Source of the DNA: Nitrospirota bacterium
GTDB taxonomy: Bacteria > Nitrospirota > Thermodesulfovibrionia > Thermodesulfovibrionales > Dissulfurispiraceae
Direction: 5' to 3'
Assembly: GCA_040754455.1 (NCBI GenBank)
Contig: JBFMCP010000001.1
Coordinates: 64,001 to 128,000, forward strand
Length of the DNA stretch: 64,000 bases
In this document: positions 19,612 through 29,259 of the stretch, in pieces
Layout of the letters: each line of letters opens with the position of its first letter
How positions within the stretch are numbered: position 1 is the stretch's first letter
Made by a program: the position numbers and the translations under genes
The notes under the pieces: generated by a model
Seen by the model: the letters and a program-made list of their open reading frames with translations, nothing else
What the model was told of the DNA's origin: nothing
Database searches by the model: none

Positions 19612-19643
19612 TGTCAAAAACCTCAACTTTTTCAGGAGTGGAT

Positions 19644-20249
19644 GTGAATAGATTTGAGCAGTACAAGAATTCTTATGAAGTCCTCGACGCCATTATAGAT
19701 GAATGGTGCGACGCCGAGCGTGAGCGCCGCAGGCAGGCCGGTCTGCCGGTCCTCTCGAAGCTTGAGCTTAAGAACGAGCTGGGCCGCGCAGTCGGCCTGG
19801 GCAACGGAGACGATTCCAACTCAGCAGGCAAGGGCATCTACCGCTACTGCAGCGGAGAGACGCCCATATCGATAGAGAAAGCCATCCTCATCTGCAACTA
19901 CATCAATAATAACGAGCTCGTCCAGTGGATGGGCTATCACACCGGCATGCTCATGACGCCCCGCACCGTGATCGAGAGCATAGGGGACCTCGAAGAAGAG
20001 GACATGTTCAGCGAGATCGTGAAATGCCTGAAGGACACCACCAAGTTTGTCGAGACCCTTTCGAGCACCTACCAGTCCAAGGCCAACGCCGGAGCCCTGA
20101 TGGTGATAGAGGAAGTATTCATGCGCGCACTCCTGCAGATGGAAAAAACGCGCCTCATGCTCAAGAAGCTCGTCGAGCGCATGCTCAAGCCCGGCACCCA
20201 GGGCGCACTCTGGTGGACCGAAGAGAAGAAGAAGCGGAAGAGGGGATAG
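19644..20249 (+). CDS. Putative phage regulatory (CII-like) protein
   Basis: HTH-like ELGRAVGL...GIYRY plus helical C-terminus; GTG start after AGGAG; family call tentative. Confidence 0.5.
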   Translation: MNRFEQYKNSYEVLDAIIDEWCDAERERRRQAGLPVLSKLELKNELGRAVGLGNGDDSNSAGKGIYRYCSGETPISIEKAILICNYINNNELVQWMGYHTGMLMTPRTVIESIGDLEEEDMFSEIVKCLKDTTKFVETLSSTYQSKANAGALMVIEEVFMRALLQMEKTRLMLKKLVERMLKPGTQGALWWTEEKKKRKRG

Positions 20250-20251
20250 CG

Positions 20252-20455
20252 ATGGAAACGAACAGGAGAGAAGCGATTATCAGAATGTTCCTAATTTCGA
20301 AACCTTACGTCGTCTCTTACGAGTACCGGAAACAAGCCTATAGGGAAGATAAACCCATACTCGATGAGCTTCTGCGAGAGGGATTGATCGAGCAGGTTAG
20401 CAAGGATAACAAGCGGGTCGTTTTCAGATATATAGGTCCAGAAACTCATCAATAA
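20252..20455 (+). CDS. Hypothetical phage protein
   Basis: METNRREAIIRM..., tight operon spacing. Confidence 0.55.
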   Translation: METNRREAIIRMFLISKPYVVSYEYRKQAYREDKPILDELLREGLIEQVSKDNKRVVFRYIGPETHQ

Positions 20456-20466
20456 AGGAGAAGAGT

Positions 20467-21351
20467 ATGCCCAAAAAACAGGATAAGAAGACCGCAAAAA
20501 AAGAAGTGGTGAGAACGCAGAAAAATTCCACAGATGTGGAAAATGTGAAAGATAAGTCGTTGAATTTCCGCGAGACGCTTTCCACAGCTGTGGAAAATTT
20601 CAGCTCTCAGCCTTTGTCTTATATTGAAGGGTTTCTTTCTCGCCGAGAGGTCACCGATTCGTTCAATGAGATGGTCGATGCCCTCGCACTCTATGAGGTC
20701 AAACATCGTGAGCTTTATAGAGAGGCAGGCTTTAAAAACTTCGCTGATTATTGCGAGTCGAGAGGCATTTCCAAAAGCCTGGGCTATGCATGGGCGAAGC
20801 ACGTCGAGGAGATCGGCCCTGATAGCTTCCCGGCCCTCGCCGAGAAAGTCGGTCTCAACCGCACCTTCTTCCGCGCTTTTGCCCTCATCCCTCACGAGAT
20901 ACAGCAGGCCGTTGTGAAAGGCAACAAGATCGAGGTCGACGGCAAAGAGTACGACTTCTCCGCTGATGGCGAATCGGTCAAACAGATTGTCATCGGCCTC
21001 GTGAAGTATGCAGAGAAACAGAAGGAAGAGGCGAGCAAAGAGCTTCAGGAAAAGGACAAGAAGCTGCGCCTCCTGGAGACCGAGAAGAACAATCTCCAGC
21101 GCATCCTGGATGAGTTCAACGAGCTCATCCCCGACAGTGTCGGCGAAACCAAGTGGGCAAAGTCCCGCGCCCTGGCTTCGGCGCTTTACGACAAGTTCGA
21201 TTCTGTCATGAGTTTCATCATCTTCGAGCAGCTCGATCTCAATGACGGCTCAGGCGTTGCCGCCTTAGAGGCCGATCTCCAGCGCATGTACAGCAGGATC
21301 ACCCACAAGATGGAGGAGCTTCAGAAATACAAACGGGGCGAGGCCCGGTAA
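20467..21351 (+). CDS. DNA-binding/coiled-coil protein upstream of transposase (DUF3102-like)
   Basis: LYREAGFKNFADYCESRGISKS HTH-like motif, coiled coil; abuts transposase. Confidence 0.6.
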   Translation: MPKKQDKKTAKKEVVRTQKNSTDVENVKDKSLNFRETLSTAVENFSSQPLSYIEGFLSRREVTDSFNEMVDALALYEVKHRELYREAGFKNFADYCESRGISKSLGYAWAKHVEEIGPDSFPALAEKVGLNRTFFRAFALIPHEIQQAVVKGNKIEVDGKEYDFSADGESVKQIVIGLVKYAEKQKEEASKELQEKDKKLRLLETEKNNLQRILDEFNELIPDSVGETKWAKSRALASALYDKFDSVMSFIIFEQLDLNDGSGVAALEADLQRMYSRITHKMEELQKYKRGEAR

Positions 21352-23303
21352 TGAACCCCTCGGGCGAATTCCCCCTCATGAACGCGCAGAATCTGCATCA
21401 GCAGGTATGCCCTCCCGTTGCCGGAGCCGACGCCTCTGACGGCGTCCCCGAAAAAGCCCGGCAGGAGGCCATTGCCCGTCTCACGCTCCTACGCATGCGC
21501 GACGAATATCGGGCCGCGCATCCAGGACGGAAAAAGACCGAAGTAGACAAAGAATTCGTCGATTCATACAACACCGGGCTCATCTATCAGCAACTCCACT
21601 CAATAGTGGGCAAGACCTCAGTGCAGACACTGTATCGTTGGGACAGCGAGCTCGATGGCACGCAGGACTGGACCCGCCTTGTACCTCGCTATTATCTGAA
21701 GGACAAAACGCCTCGGCTCAACCCCATCGAAGAACGCGTGTTCCTCGCCTTCCTTCTGAGCCCTAACAAGATACCGGTCGGCACCGCCACCAGATTCACC
21801 AGGCTCCTGCTGCAGCAGCGCGGCTATAAGACGGATAAATCAGATATGACCTTCCGCCGCTACGCCGAAGACTTCATGGCAAAGCACTACGATCTCTGGA
21901 CCCTCATGCGCGACGGCCAGAAAGCGCTCAGGGACAAAGTAGAGCCCTACATCAAACGCGACCCCTCTGTGCTTAATGTTGGAGACGCCCTTGTTGCAGA
22001 CGGCCATAGGCTCAACTTCCAGATCATCAATCCCTTCACCGGCAAGCCTTGCAGGGCTTGCATGGTGGCCTACATCGACTGGAAATCTTACGACCTCGCC
22101 GGGTACGAAATCATGGTCGAGGAAAACACCCAATGCGTTGCCTCGGCAATGCGCAACGCCATACTCCGGCTCGGCAAGACCCCAAAGGTCGCCTACCAGG
22201 ACAACGGCAAGGCATTCAAGGCCCGCTTCTTCCTGGGCTCCCCGAGCTTCGAGGAAGCGGGCTTCTACGGCCTCTTCGGCCGACTGAATATCGTCCCGCT
22301 CTTCGCTGCCCCTTACAACGCCCGCGCAAAGATCATCGAAAGGTGGTTTAAGGAGTTTTCTAACACCTTTGAGCGGCTCTTTCCGAGCTATGTCGGCTCA
22401 TCCATAGCAGACAAACCCGCCTATATGCTCAGGAACGAAAAGTTCCACAAAGCGCTTCATAACGAGTACATCCCCACAATCGAAGAGACCGTCCACCTCC
22501 TGGAGGCCTGGCTCGAATTCCACCGCTCACAGGAGTGCCCTCACGTTAAAGGCAAGTCGATCGGCCAGGTATTCGACGAAGGCAAAGGCCCCGGCGTTGA
22601 TGTCAATGCGCTTGACGACCTCATGATGGACGCCAGGATCACCCGCATCGATCGCAACGGCATCCGGTTCCTGGGCGCCGACTATTACGATGACAATCTC
22701 TACGGCCTCAAAGAGCAGGTCGTCATCAAATACAGCCTCTTCGACCTTTCCTATGTGAAGGTCTTCGCCATGAATGGAGAGTTCATCTGCCTGGCCCAGC
22801 GCATTATGCCGGTCCATCCGCTCGCACGCATCACCGGCACTGCTACAGATTACGAAGCAGTCAAGCGCGGCATCGCACAGCAGAAACGCCTCGAACGTCA
22901 GACCGTCAAACTTGCGAAGGAATACAACAGAGCAGGCGGAGCCGTCGAGCTTGACTGGCAGAAGGTCACCGAGATCACGCCACGCATAGTCGAGAAGCTT
23001 GAGCTGGAGGGCATTGCACTTCCTGCTATTGAAGAGCATATTCCCGACGAAGCGGTAAGCACCGAGCCTATCACCGAGAGCCTTGAGCCCAGAGAGGAGT
23101 CGATGGAAGTAACACGATTGGAGCCGCTGAAGAGGCCGTTCTTCGAGACGAATACTGAGCGCTACGAGTGGCACCTCAAGCATGGCATCTTTACCGACGA
23201 AGATGAAGCCTGGTGTGTATGGTTCAGAACAACAGATGAGTTCAGGATGCTTTATTCGGCATTTCAAAATCAGGGAAAGGAGGCAGCCCAAATTAAAAGT
23301 TAA
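21351..23303 (+). CDS. MuA-like DDE transposase
   Basis: HTH SVQTLYRW; triad VADGH, QDNGKAF, KIIERWF; Mu C-terminal domain NGIRFLGADY. Confidence 0.92.
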   Translation: MNPSGEFPLMNAQNLHQQVCPPVAGADASDGVPEKARQEAIARLTLLRMRDEYRAAHPGRKKTEVDKEFVDSYNTGLIYQQLHSIVGKTSVQTLYRWDSELDGTQDWTRLVPRYYLKDKTPRLNPIEERVFLAFLLSPNKIPVGTATRFTRLLLQQRGYKTDKSDMTFRRYAEDFMAKHYDLWTLMRDGQKALRDKVEPYIKRDPSVLNVGDALVADGHRLNFQIINPFTGKPCRACMVAYIDWKSYDLAGYEIMVEENTQCVASAMRNAILRLGKTPKVAYQDNGKAFKARFFLGSPSFEEAGFYGLFGRLNIVPLFAAPYNARAKIIERWFKEFSNTFERLFPSYVGSSIADKPAYMLRNEKFHKALHNEYIPTIEETVHLLEAWLEFHRSQECPHVKGKSIGQVFDEGKGPGVDVNALDDLMMDARITRIDRNGIRFLGADYYDDNLYGLKEQVVIKYSLFDLSYVKVFAMNGEFICLAQRIMPVHPLARITGTATDYEAVKRGIAQQKRLERQTVKLAKEYNRAGGAVELDWQKVTEITPRIVEKLELEGIALPAIEEHIPDEAVSTEPITESLEPREESMEVTRLEPLKRPFFETNTERYEWHLKHGIFTDEDEAWCVWFRTTDEFRMLYSAFQNQGKEAAQIKS

Positions 23304-23360
23304 AAAAAAAAGGCTGCCTTTGGCAGCCCGAATCTTAAAGGTTAAGGAGATGATAGCACA

Positions 23361-24044
23361 ATGAGAAAAATATTTGCCCGTACCAGCAATGTGGGGGCTT
23401 TTGTTTCCGCGATGACACGGCTGCTAAAGCGCGAGGACGGTATTCCCGGAATGTCATTGATTTTTGGCGAGCCTGGACTTGGAAAGACGAGGACAACGCT
23501 CTGGTGGTGCGCTCAGAATGACGGCGTATTCATTCGCACAAAAAAGCTCATGACAGGCAGATGGTTACTTGAGGAGATAGTTGCCGAGCTCGGAGAGGCT
23601 CCGATGCGGAGGACTTCGGATTTATTCAGGCAAGCGGTTGATCAGCTCCTTGAAAGGCCGAGGACGCTCTTCATAGACGAGGCAGATTATCTTGCCCATG
23701 ACGCACGGGTTATCGAGACGCTCAGAGATTTGCACGACACAACAGGCACGCCTCTTGTGCTGATAGGCATGGATCAGGCGGACAAAAAGCTCATGCGCTT
23801 TAAGCATCTCTATGATAGGTTCTCAGAGATAGTCAGATTCCATCCTCTATCTGAATCGGATGTCGAATCAGTAGCCGAGCAGATGTGCGAGGTCAAGCTC
23901 TCTGATGATGCTGTCTCTTATATACATAATCAGGCAAACCGCTTCCGCAAGGTCGTTATCTGGTTGTATCGCTGCGAATCTATCGCTAAGGTGAATTCTT
24001 TGAAAGAAATTAACGCTGCGCATCTGCAAGGGGTGCGGAAATGA
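23361..24044 (+). CDS. MuB-like AAA ATPase
   Basis: Walker A GEPGLGKT, Walker B FIDEAD, LRDLHD, LVLIGM. Confidence 0.9.
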   Translation: MRKIFARTSNVGAFVSAMTRLLKREDGIPGMSLIFGEPGLGKTRTTLWWCAQNDGVFIRTKKLMTGRWLLEEIVAELGEAPMRRTSDLFRQAVDQLLERPRTLFIDEADYLAHDARVIETLRDLHDTTGTPLVLIGMDQADKKLMRFKHLYDRFSEIVRFHPLSESDVESVAEQMCEVKLSDDAVSYIHNQANRFRKVVIWLYRCESIAKVNSLKEINAAHLQGVRK

Positions 24045-24397
24045 CAGTCATATTACCGAGAGATAAAAGCGAGGCAAGGCAGGGCGAGGCAAGGCAAGGG
24101 GGCGGAGTTCGCTCCGCCCAACAAAAAATTTGGGCAGTCATTAGAGGGCTGCGTGAGTTTGGTTTTGAAGAGGTCTCCGTGCTTGCTGAATTACCTTATA
24201 GCGCAGTATCAAGCTACCTAAAGTCGCTATATCATGCCGGATATATCCGGCAGGCCGGCAAAAGAAAAGAGGCGGACGGAAAGCGAAAAAACATCTGGAG
24301 GCTTGCAAAAAACAGCGGGCCTCGGGCGCCAATCCCTTGCAAATGCCTCTATGACCCTAATATTGACGGGCTTGCGGAGGTCAAAGATGTGGATTGA
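24041..24397 (+). CDS. Winged-HTH protein
   Basis: IWAVIR...YLKSLYHAGY...GPRAP..LYDPN typical of Mu-like early region. Confidence 0.7.
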   Translation: MTVILPRDKSEARQGEARQGGGVRSAQQKIWAVIRGLREFGFEEVSVLAELPYSAVSSYLKSLYHAGYIRQAGKRKEADGKRKNIWRLAKNSGPRAPIPCKCLYDPNIDGLAEVKDVD

Positions 24398-24701
24398 TAT
24401 TCTGCGGAAAGAGGTCGCTGCAAAGGGGCCACGAATGGTAGCGCGGGAATTGGGCATCAGCAGAAGCACTGTTGACATGGTAACTCAAAACAAATATCAG
24501 GCATCAACTGTGAAGATCGAGGAGCGCGTGAGGAAAATCTATGGCAGGGACGGAAAAGTTGAATGCCCTATTAAAGGGCTTATAACGCCGATTGAATGCG
24601 CTGAAAATTTTAAAAAGGCAAAGGCTATAGGCCTCAAGGCGTCTAATCCCGAGACATTGCGTTTGTACAAAACCTGTAAGGCATGCAGTGTGAGGAGGTA
24701 G
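24387..24701 (+). CDS. HTH protein with Cys-rich C-terminus
   Basis: VARELGISRSTVDMV..KY, VECP, CKAC. Confidence 0.7.
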   Translation: MWIDILRKEVAAKGPRMVARELGISRSTVDMVTQNKYQASTVKIEERVRKIYGRDGKVECPIKGLITPIECAENFKKAKAIGLKASNPETLRLYKTCKACSVRR

Positions 24702-24703
24702 CC

Positions 24704-25162
24704 ATGCAGAAGCCAATCGACAAACGGCAGATCCGCAAGATCCACACCCTGAAGAGCGCACTCAAGCTCTCTGATGATGAGTACCGCGAGAAGGTGCAGG
24801 AGATCCACGGCTTCAGCGGCACATCCAAGGACCTCACCTACGACGAAGCTGAAACGCTTATACGGGCCATGGAGTCCGAGGCGCTTTCAAAAGGAGTATG
24901 GCAGCGGCGCGTGTCCAGAAAATCGAAATACGAGTATCTGGGCGATCGTGAGGGCATGGCTACGCCCAAGCAGCTACGCATGATCGAAGCGATATGGAAA
25001 GACGTTTCTCGGTACCACGCCGAGGACGAACGGGCCAGGGCGCTGCGCTCGTTCCTCTTCAAGCGCTTCAAGGTCTCCGACGTGAAGTTCATCACGTCAC
25101 GGCAGGCGTCAAAGATCATCTGGTCCTTATTCAATATGTCGAGGGAGGGAAAGCAACAATGA
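24704..25162 (+). CDS. gemA: GemA / Mu gp16-like (DUF1018) protein
   Basis: IHTLKSALKLSDDEYR...TSKDLT, QLRMIEAIW, ALRSFL. Confidence 0.85.
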   Translation: MQKPIDKRQIRKIHTLKSALKLSDDEYREKVQEIHGFSGTSKDLTYDEAETLIRAMESEALSKGVWQRRVSRKSKYEYLGDREGMATPKQLRMIEAIWKDVSRYHAEDERARALRSFLFKRFKVSDVKFITSRQASKIIWSLFNMSREGKQQ

Positions 25163-25344
25163 TATGCATCTATCGGTTCAAATGTAAAGATGGATCATAT
25201 GAATGCCTCAGCGCGGTGCACTGGAAGCGGAAGTGCGGGGCCTTTCATGTGCTGAGGTGTATCGCAGCAGGGTTTGTGGTCGATGTAAAGCACGCAGTAC
25301 GCATCAGGCTGTACCGGCTGAAAAGAAGGCTATCAAGGAGGTGA
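25159..25344 (+). CDS. Hypothetical phage protein
   Basis: ATGA overlap with gemA. Confidence 0.45.
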   Translation: MICIYRFKCKDGSYECLSAVHWKRKCGAFHVLRCIAAGFVVDVKHAVRIRLYRLKRRLSRR

Positions 25345-25351
25345 AAATCGC

Positions 25352-25654
25352 ATGCAGATCGTAGTCATTATTCCCGACGCACATGCAGAGGACCTGAAGA
25401 ACTGGCACAAGGGTCTGGCACAATTCAAGCGCGGCCTCGCTGAAAGCTCCAAGAGCGAGGCGTCCAGGTCAATACTCAAAGCGCAGGCCGATATGTCCGA
25501 CTCTATCGCGGCAAACATAGAGCGGATGCAGCTCGCCGACGGCAACATCCACATCACCCTGCAGCATCTCCTTGAGCCGCACATAAAGAAGCACGGTAAA
25601 GAGACGGTGCAGTCAGTGGTGATGGATTGTATCAAACAGGGCTGGCGGATGTGA
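25352..25654 (+). CDS. Hypothetical phage protein
   Basis: SD AGGAGG. Confidence 0.6.
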   Translation: MQIVVIIPDAHAEDLKNWHKGLAQFKRGLAESSKSEASRSILKAQADMSDSIAANIERMQLADGNIHITLQHLLEPHIKKHGKETVQSVVMDCIKQGWRM

Positions 25655-25658
25655 AGTA

Positions 25659-25865
25659 GTGGCTAACGGAGGACCAATGGTAACAGACATGGGAGTGAAC
25701 ATCGTAGTCAGCATGATCGCGGTGCTTGGACAGTTGACAGTTGTAGATATTCTGCACGGCCTTGCCGCGATTGCAGGAGTCGCGGGCCTCTGCATTGCGC
25801 GCTACATCGGCGCTCTGGGGGCTGTGCTCTACAACTGCGCCTGGGTCTGGCGATCATCATGGTGA
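25659..25865 (+). CDS. Small hydrophobic protein
   Basis: Hydrophobic ORF in operon; start uncertain. Confidence 0.4.
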   Translation: MANGGPMVTDMGVNIVVSMIAVLGQLTVVDILHGLAAIAGVAGLCIARYIGALGAVLYNCAWVWRSSW

Positions 25866-25909
25866 TGTACTTAATGCTCGGATAAGGAGAAAAAGGAGGA
25901 ATCAGGATC

Positions 25910-26398
25910 ATGACGACAATGGCAGCAAAGTTGGGTAAAGCGGGGGCGGTGGAAACCGTCACGCTCAAGAAAGGCAGAGAGACAACAACGATATCGGTGC
26001 CGAGGCTTGCGGATACCATCAGATCGGCCCGCGGCCTCACGATCGAGATGAAGAGCCTGGAGCCCGCGCTCAAGGAGTACAGGGATTACATTGCGTCCGT
26101 GGCAAAGGATTACATCGATGCAAGCGGGACGCTCACATTCATTATCGACGGCATCCGATGCAAGGTGACCTTCGGCTACGAGTGCGTAATTCCGGAGGAG
26201 CATGTGGCTGAGGTCAGGAGGCTCCTCGGAGAGCGTTTTGATGACCTGGTCAGGACAAAGATCACCCATAGCGGTACCTCCAAGCTCATCGACATGGCGG
26301 CGGATGGAGACCGGGGAAAGGCAATCGCTGGCTGTCTGGTCATCAAAGAGAAAACGCCGGGGGTTTCCTTCGAAGATGAGCTGAACAAGCAGAGGTGA
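25910..26398 (+). CDS. Hypothetical phage protein
   Basis: SD AGGAGG, 162 aa. Confidence 0.65.
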   Translation: MTTMAAKLGKAGAVETVTLKKGRETTTISVPRLADTIRSARGLTIEMKSLEPALKEYRDYIASVAKDYIDASGTLTFIIDGIRCKVTFGYECVIPEEHVAEVRRLLGERFDDLVRTKITHSGTSKLIDMAADGDRGKAIAGCLVIKEKTPGVSFEDELNKQR

Positions 26399-26625
26399 GC
26401 GGCATGAGCACCGACGCATTGGCGTGTAATTATCTGAAATGCCGTCTTTGCTCCTGGAAGACCGTAAAGCGGCACACTCGCAATAACGGCTCTTTCAGCG
26501 ACATCGAGAATGCCTTTAATAGGCTTCGGACGCACTACTATCAGAAACATCCGGAGGTAATGAGAATGATCGAAGAGAGGGAGGCTGCAGATGCTATATC
26601 CGGGGTGCAACATGCTGAAGCGTAA
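26395..26625 (+). CDS. Small C2H2-like zinc-binding protein
   Basis: CRLC...HYYQKH. Confidence 0.55.
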   Translation: MSGMSTDALACNYLKCRLCSWKTVKRHTRNNGSFSDIENAFNRLRTHYYQKHPEVMRMIEEREAADAISGVQHAEA

Positions 26626-26848
26626 GGTCGAGATTGGCTACAGGAAGGCAATACGGGCCACAGATAAGCAGCGCCGGTGCGGTAACTGTGCGAACCGGGT
26701 ATGGGCAGATATCTACGCCTGCAGCGGCGGTGAAGTCGTAGGGCAAGGATGGCGCTGCAAGGTGGTCGGAGTTCAGAACTCCCGGAAGTATTCCGTTGCT
26801 GAGGATCACGTGTGCAATCATTTTGAGGCGAAAAAGGAGACGGCATGA
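26612..26848 (+). CDS. Cys-rich hypothetical
   Basis: CGNC...C...CNHF. Confidence 0.55.
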   Translation: MLKRKVEIGYRKAIRATDKQRRCGNCANRVWADIYACSGGEVVGQGWRCKVVGVQNSRKYSVAEDHVCNHFEAKKETA

Positions 26849-27114
26849 AGGTCAAGCTCTTCTTTGCGTGGTATGACGGATGGGTCGGCTACTACTGGGA
26901 CCGGTATGAGCGTGCTCTCTATGTCTGTCCGCTGCCTTGGGTAGTGATCAAGCTCTCACGCCCTCCCAAAGAAGAGCAGGAAAGTGAGGTCAGGCGGATC
27001 TGCAAAAAGTGCAGAGCCTATAAACGCCCCAAGTGCAGACGGGAGAAAAAGTTCGTCGGCAAGTTTGACGAAGGCTGTGAACATTTCAAAGCAAAGGAGG
27101 AAGCAAGGTCATGA
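26845..27114 (+). CDS. Hypothetical phage protein
   Basis: FFAWYDGWVGYYWD..LYVCPLPW; ATGA overlaps. Confidence 0.6.
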   Translation: MKVKLFFAWYDGWVGYYWDRYERALYVCPLPWVVIKLSRPPKEEQESEVRRICKKCRAYKRPKCRREKKFVGKFDEGCEHFKAKEEARS

Positions 27115-27386
27115 CAAAGACGGAGTTGATTAACAAGATGGCAGGAGATGCAGGAATTTCAAAGAAGGACGCAGAGAGCGCGATGAATGCCCTGGTGAGC
27201 GGCATCCAGAACGCGCTCAAAAGCGGAGACAAGGTCCTGATATCAGGACTGGGGACTTTCAAGGTCAAAGAGCGGGCGGCACGGAAAGGCCGCAATCCGA
27301 AGACCGGCGAGGAAGTAACGATAGCGGCGAGCAAGAAGGTTGCCTTCTCAGCCTCAAAAGAGCTTAAAGAGGCTGTGCAGGGATAA
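27111..27386 (+). CDS. HU family DNA-binding protein
   Basis: MTKTELI, GLGTFKV, RKGRNPKTGE, FSASKELKEAV. Confidence 0.92.
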   Translation: MTKTELINKMAGDAGISKKDAESAMNALVSGIQNALKSGDKVLISGLGTFKVKERAARKGRNPKTGEEVTIAASKKVAFSASKELKEAVQG

Positions 27387-27558
27387 CATGAATTCGGCGG
27401 TGTCCGTATTTAAAACCATCGGTGAGGAGTTAATACAGGCGAAAACAACCGAGCCGCCGTGCAGGCTCATAGGCCGAAACCACCATCTCCCTGACATCAG
27501 GAAAATGGTGGTCGCAGCGTGAGGCGCTGCCTGATGACGGCCAGGATGGAGGGCACAC

Positions 27559-27816
27559 ATGAACGATTTTGAAAGAGCTATACAGCGCATGGAAAAAGTA
27601 ATAGCGGCCTGTGATGAACTGATAGCAATGGCAAAGAAGGATATCTCAGATTTACAGAAGCGCAAAAAGAGAGCCCGAATATTGATTGAAGGCTTTAAAG
27701 TGCTCCCTAATGCTGAGCAAGATGAATATAGGAATCTGGCAAAGAAAACCGCCATAGAGATCGCCGATGGAGAGTTGAAGATGGTTTCCTGCATGGGCGT
27801 CGGGATAAGGATTTAA
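27559..27816 (+). CDS. Hypothetical coiled-coil protein
   Basis: SD GGAGG. Confidence 0.5.
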   Translation: MNDFERAIQRMEKVIAACDELIAMAKKDISDLQKRKKRARILIEGFKVLPNAEQDEYRNLAKKTAIEIADGELKMVSCMGVGIRI

Positions 27817-27817
27817 A

Positions 27818-28144
27818 GTGAGCATGAAGCGGATCAAGAAGCTATATGCCGAGATGCCGTCCTTCACCTGTCTTGAGGGATGCACGGAGTGCTGCGGTCC
27901 GATTCCTTTCACCCGCGATGAATGGAAACGGGTTAAGGATAAGAGAAAGGCCACGAGTGTGGATTGTCCTTATTTCCTGAACGGGCGGTGTGACATCTAT
28001 GCCGATAGGCCGTTCATCTGCCGTCTATACGGTGCTGCTGAGGATTTGAAATGTCCTTACGGCTGCAGACCCGAGAAGCTTCTGACAGCGGAAAAATCCG
28101 CAGAACTAACCAAGGCATACCTGAAGTTGATGCACGAGGGTTAA
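27818..28144 (+). CDS. YkgJ-family cysteine-cluster protein
   Basis: C..GCTECC, CPYF, CDIYADRPFICRLYG. Confidence 0.85.
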   Translation: MSMKRIKKLYAEMPSFTCLEGCTECCGPIPFTRDEWKRVKDKRKATSVDCPYFLNGRCDIYADRPFICRLYGAAEDLKCPYGCRPEKLLTAEKSAELTKAYLKLMHEG

Positions 28145-28149
28145 GGGAG

Positions 28150-28896
28150 ATGAGCACTGCATTGCACATACAGCAGAGAGCGCAGAGGGTACAGTTGATC
28201 TGTGAGGCATGCCATAAGCCTTTTTCCGTCTCTCCGCATCGCGTCAGGGATGGGAAAGTGGTGCGCTTTTGTTCCCGGTCTTGCAGGAACAAGCTGCCGT
28301 GTCTGCGCAGTAGACCTCGCAAATACGAGTTCACTGCTGAAATGGATGCCATGGTCCGTAAGGTCTACGAGAACAACCTGGGCAAGCGGGGCCTTGTGAA
28401 TGCAGTGGCCAGGAAATTGGGAGTGCCGAGATGGAAAGTCTCTCGCCGAGCTGCTGAGATCGGAGCATATGTACCGCTCAAGAAAGAGCCTGAGTGGTCG
28501 GAGAGTGAGCTGAGGATTCTTCAGAAGTATGCTCATACCACTCCCCTATTCATTCAAAAGAAATTGAAGAGGGCCGGGTTCCACAGGAGCGAGACGGCCA
28601 TTACACTCAAGCGCAAGCGGATGAGGCTCCTGCAGAATTTAGACGGCATGTCGGGTCGGCAATGCGCTGAATTCTTTGGGGTGGATTCTCATTGGATTAC
28701 AGACAAGATAGAGAGAAATCTTTTGAAGGCTGAGAAGAGGCAAACCGCGAGAACAGAGAAGCAAGGGGGCGATATCTATTACATCAAAGAAAAAGATATA
28801 CGCCAATTTATCATCGATAACCCTGACCTGATCGATCTGAGAAAGGTGGAGAAGTTCTACTTTATCGAGCTTCTGTCGAAGGGGGGGGTACATTGA
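28150..28896 (+). CDS. Zn-finger plus multi-HTH protein
   Basis: CEAC..F, FCSRSC, WSESE repeats, IDLRKVEK. Confidence 0.65.
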   Translation: MSTALHIQQRAQRVQLICEACHKPFSVSPHRVRDGKVVRFCSRSCRNKLPCLRSRPRKYEFTAEMDAMVRKVYENNLGKRGLVNAVARKLGVPRWKVSRRAAEIGAYVPLKKEPEWSESELRILQKYAHTTPLFIQKKLKRAGFHRSETAITLKRKRMRLLQNLDGMSGRQCAEFFGVDSHWITDKIERNLLKAEKRQTARTEKQGGDIYYIKEKDIRQFIIDNPDLIDLRKVEKFYFIELLSKGGVH

Positions 28897-28905
28897 AGTG
28901 CGGCG

Positions 28906-29259
28906 ATGGAGCAAGCGAGATTTGATTTTGATTTAACGGATGAGGAGCGCATGGTTCTCGCAGCATTGCGAGAGGGCAAGAGAAATGCCATTTTGGGAGC
29001 TGAGATCGTGAAATTAACAGGGATAGGATACGACAGAGTCAGACAGGTAATCTCTCATCTCGTCAATGATCACTATTATCTGATCGCAAGCTATTCGCGT
29101 GGCTATTACATCCCCACAAGTGCCGAGGAGGTTCTGGAGACCACTCGGAGCCTGCGGCATAGAGGTATCTCTATATTGGTAAGAGCGGCACGGCTGCAGA
29201 AAACCAGTGTCGAGGAAATATTCAAGCAATCAAGGATGGAGTTTCATGCGATGGTATGA
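28906..29259 (+). CDS. Winged-HTH protein
   Basis: VRQVISHL...IAS..RGYY. Confidence 0.65.
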   Translation: MEQARFDFDLTDEERMVLAALREGKRNAILGAEIVKLTGIGYDRVRQVISHLVNDHYYLIASYSRGYYIPTSAEEVLETTRSLRHRGISILVRAARLQKTSVEEIFKQSRMEFHAMV

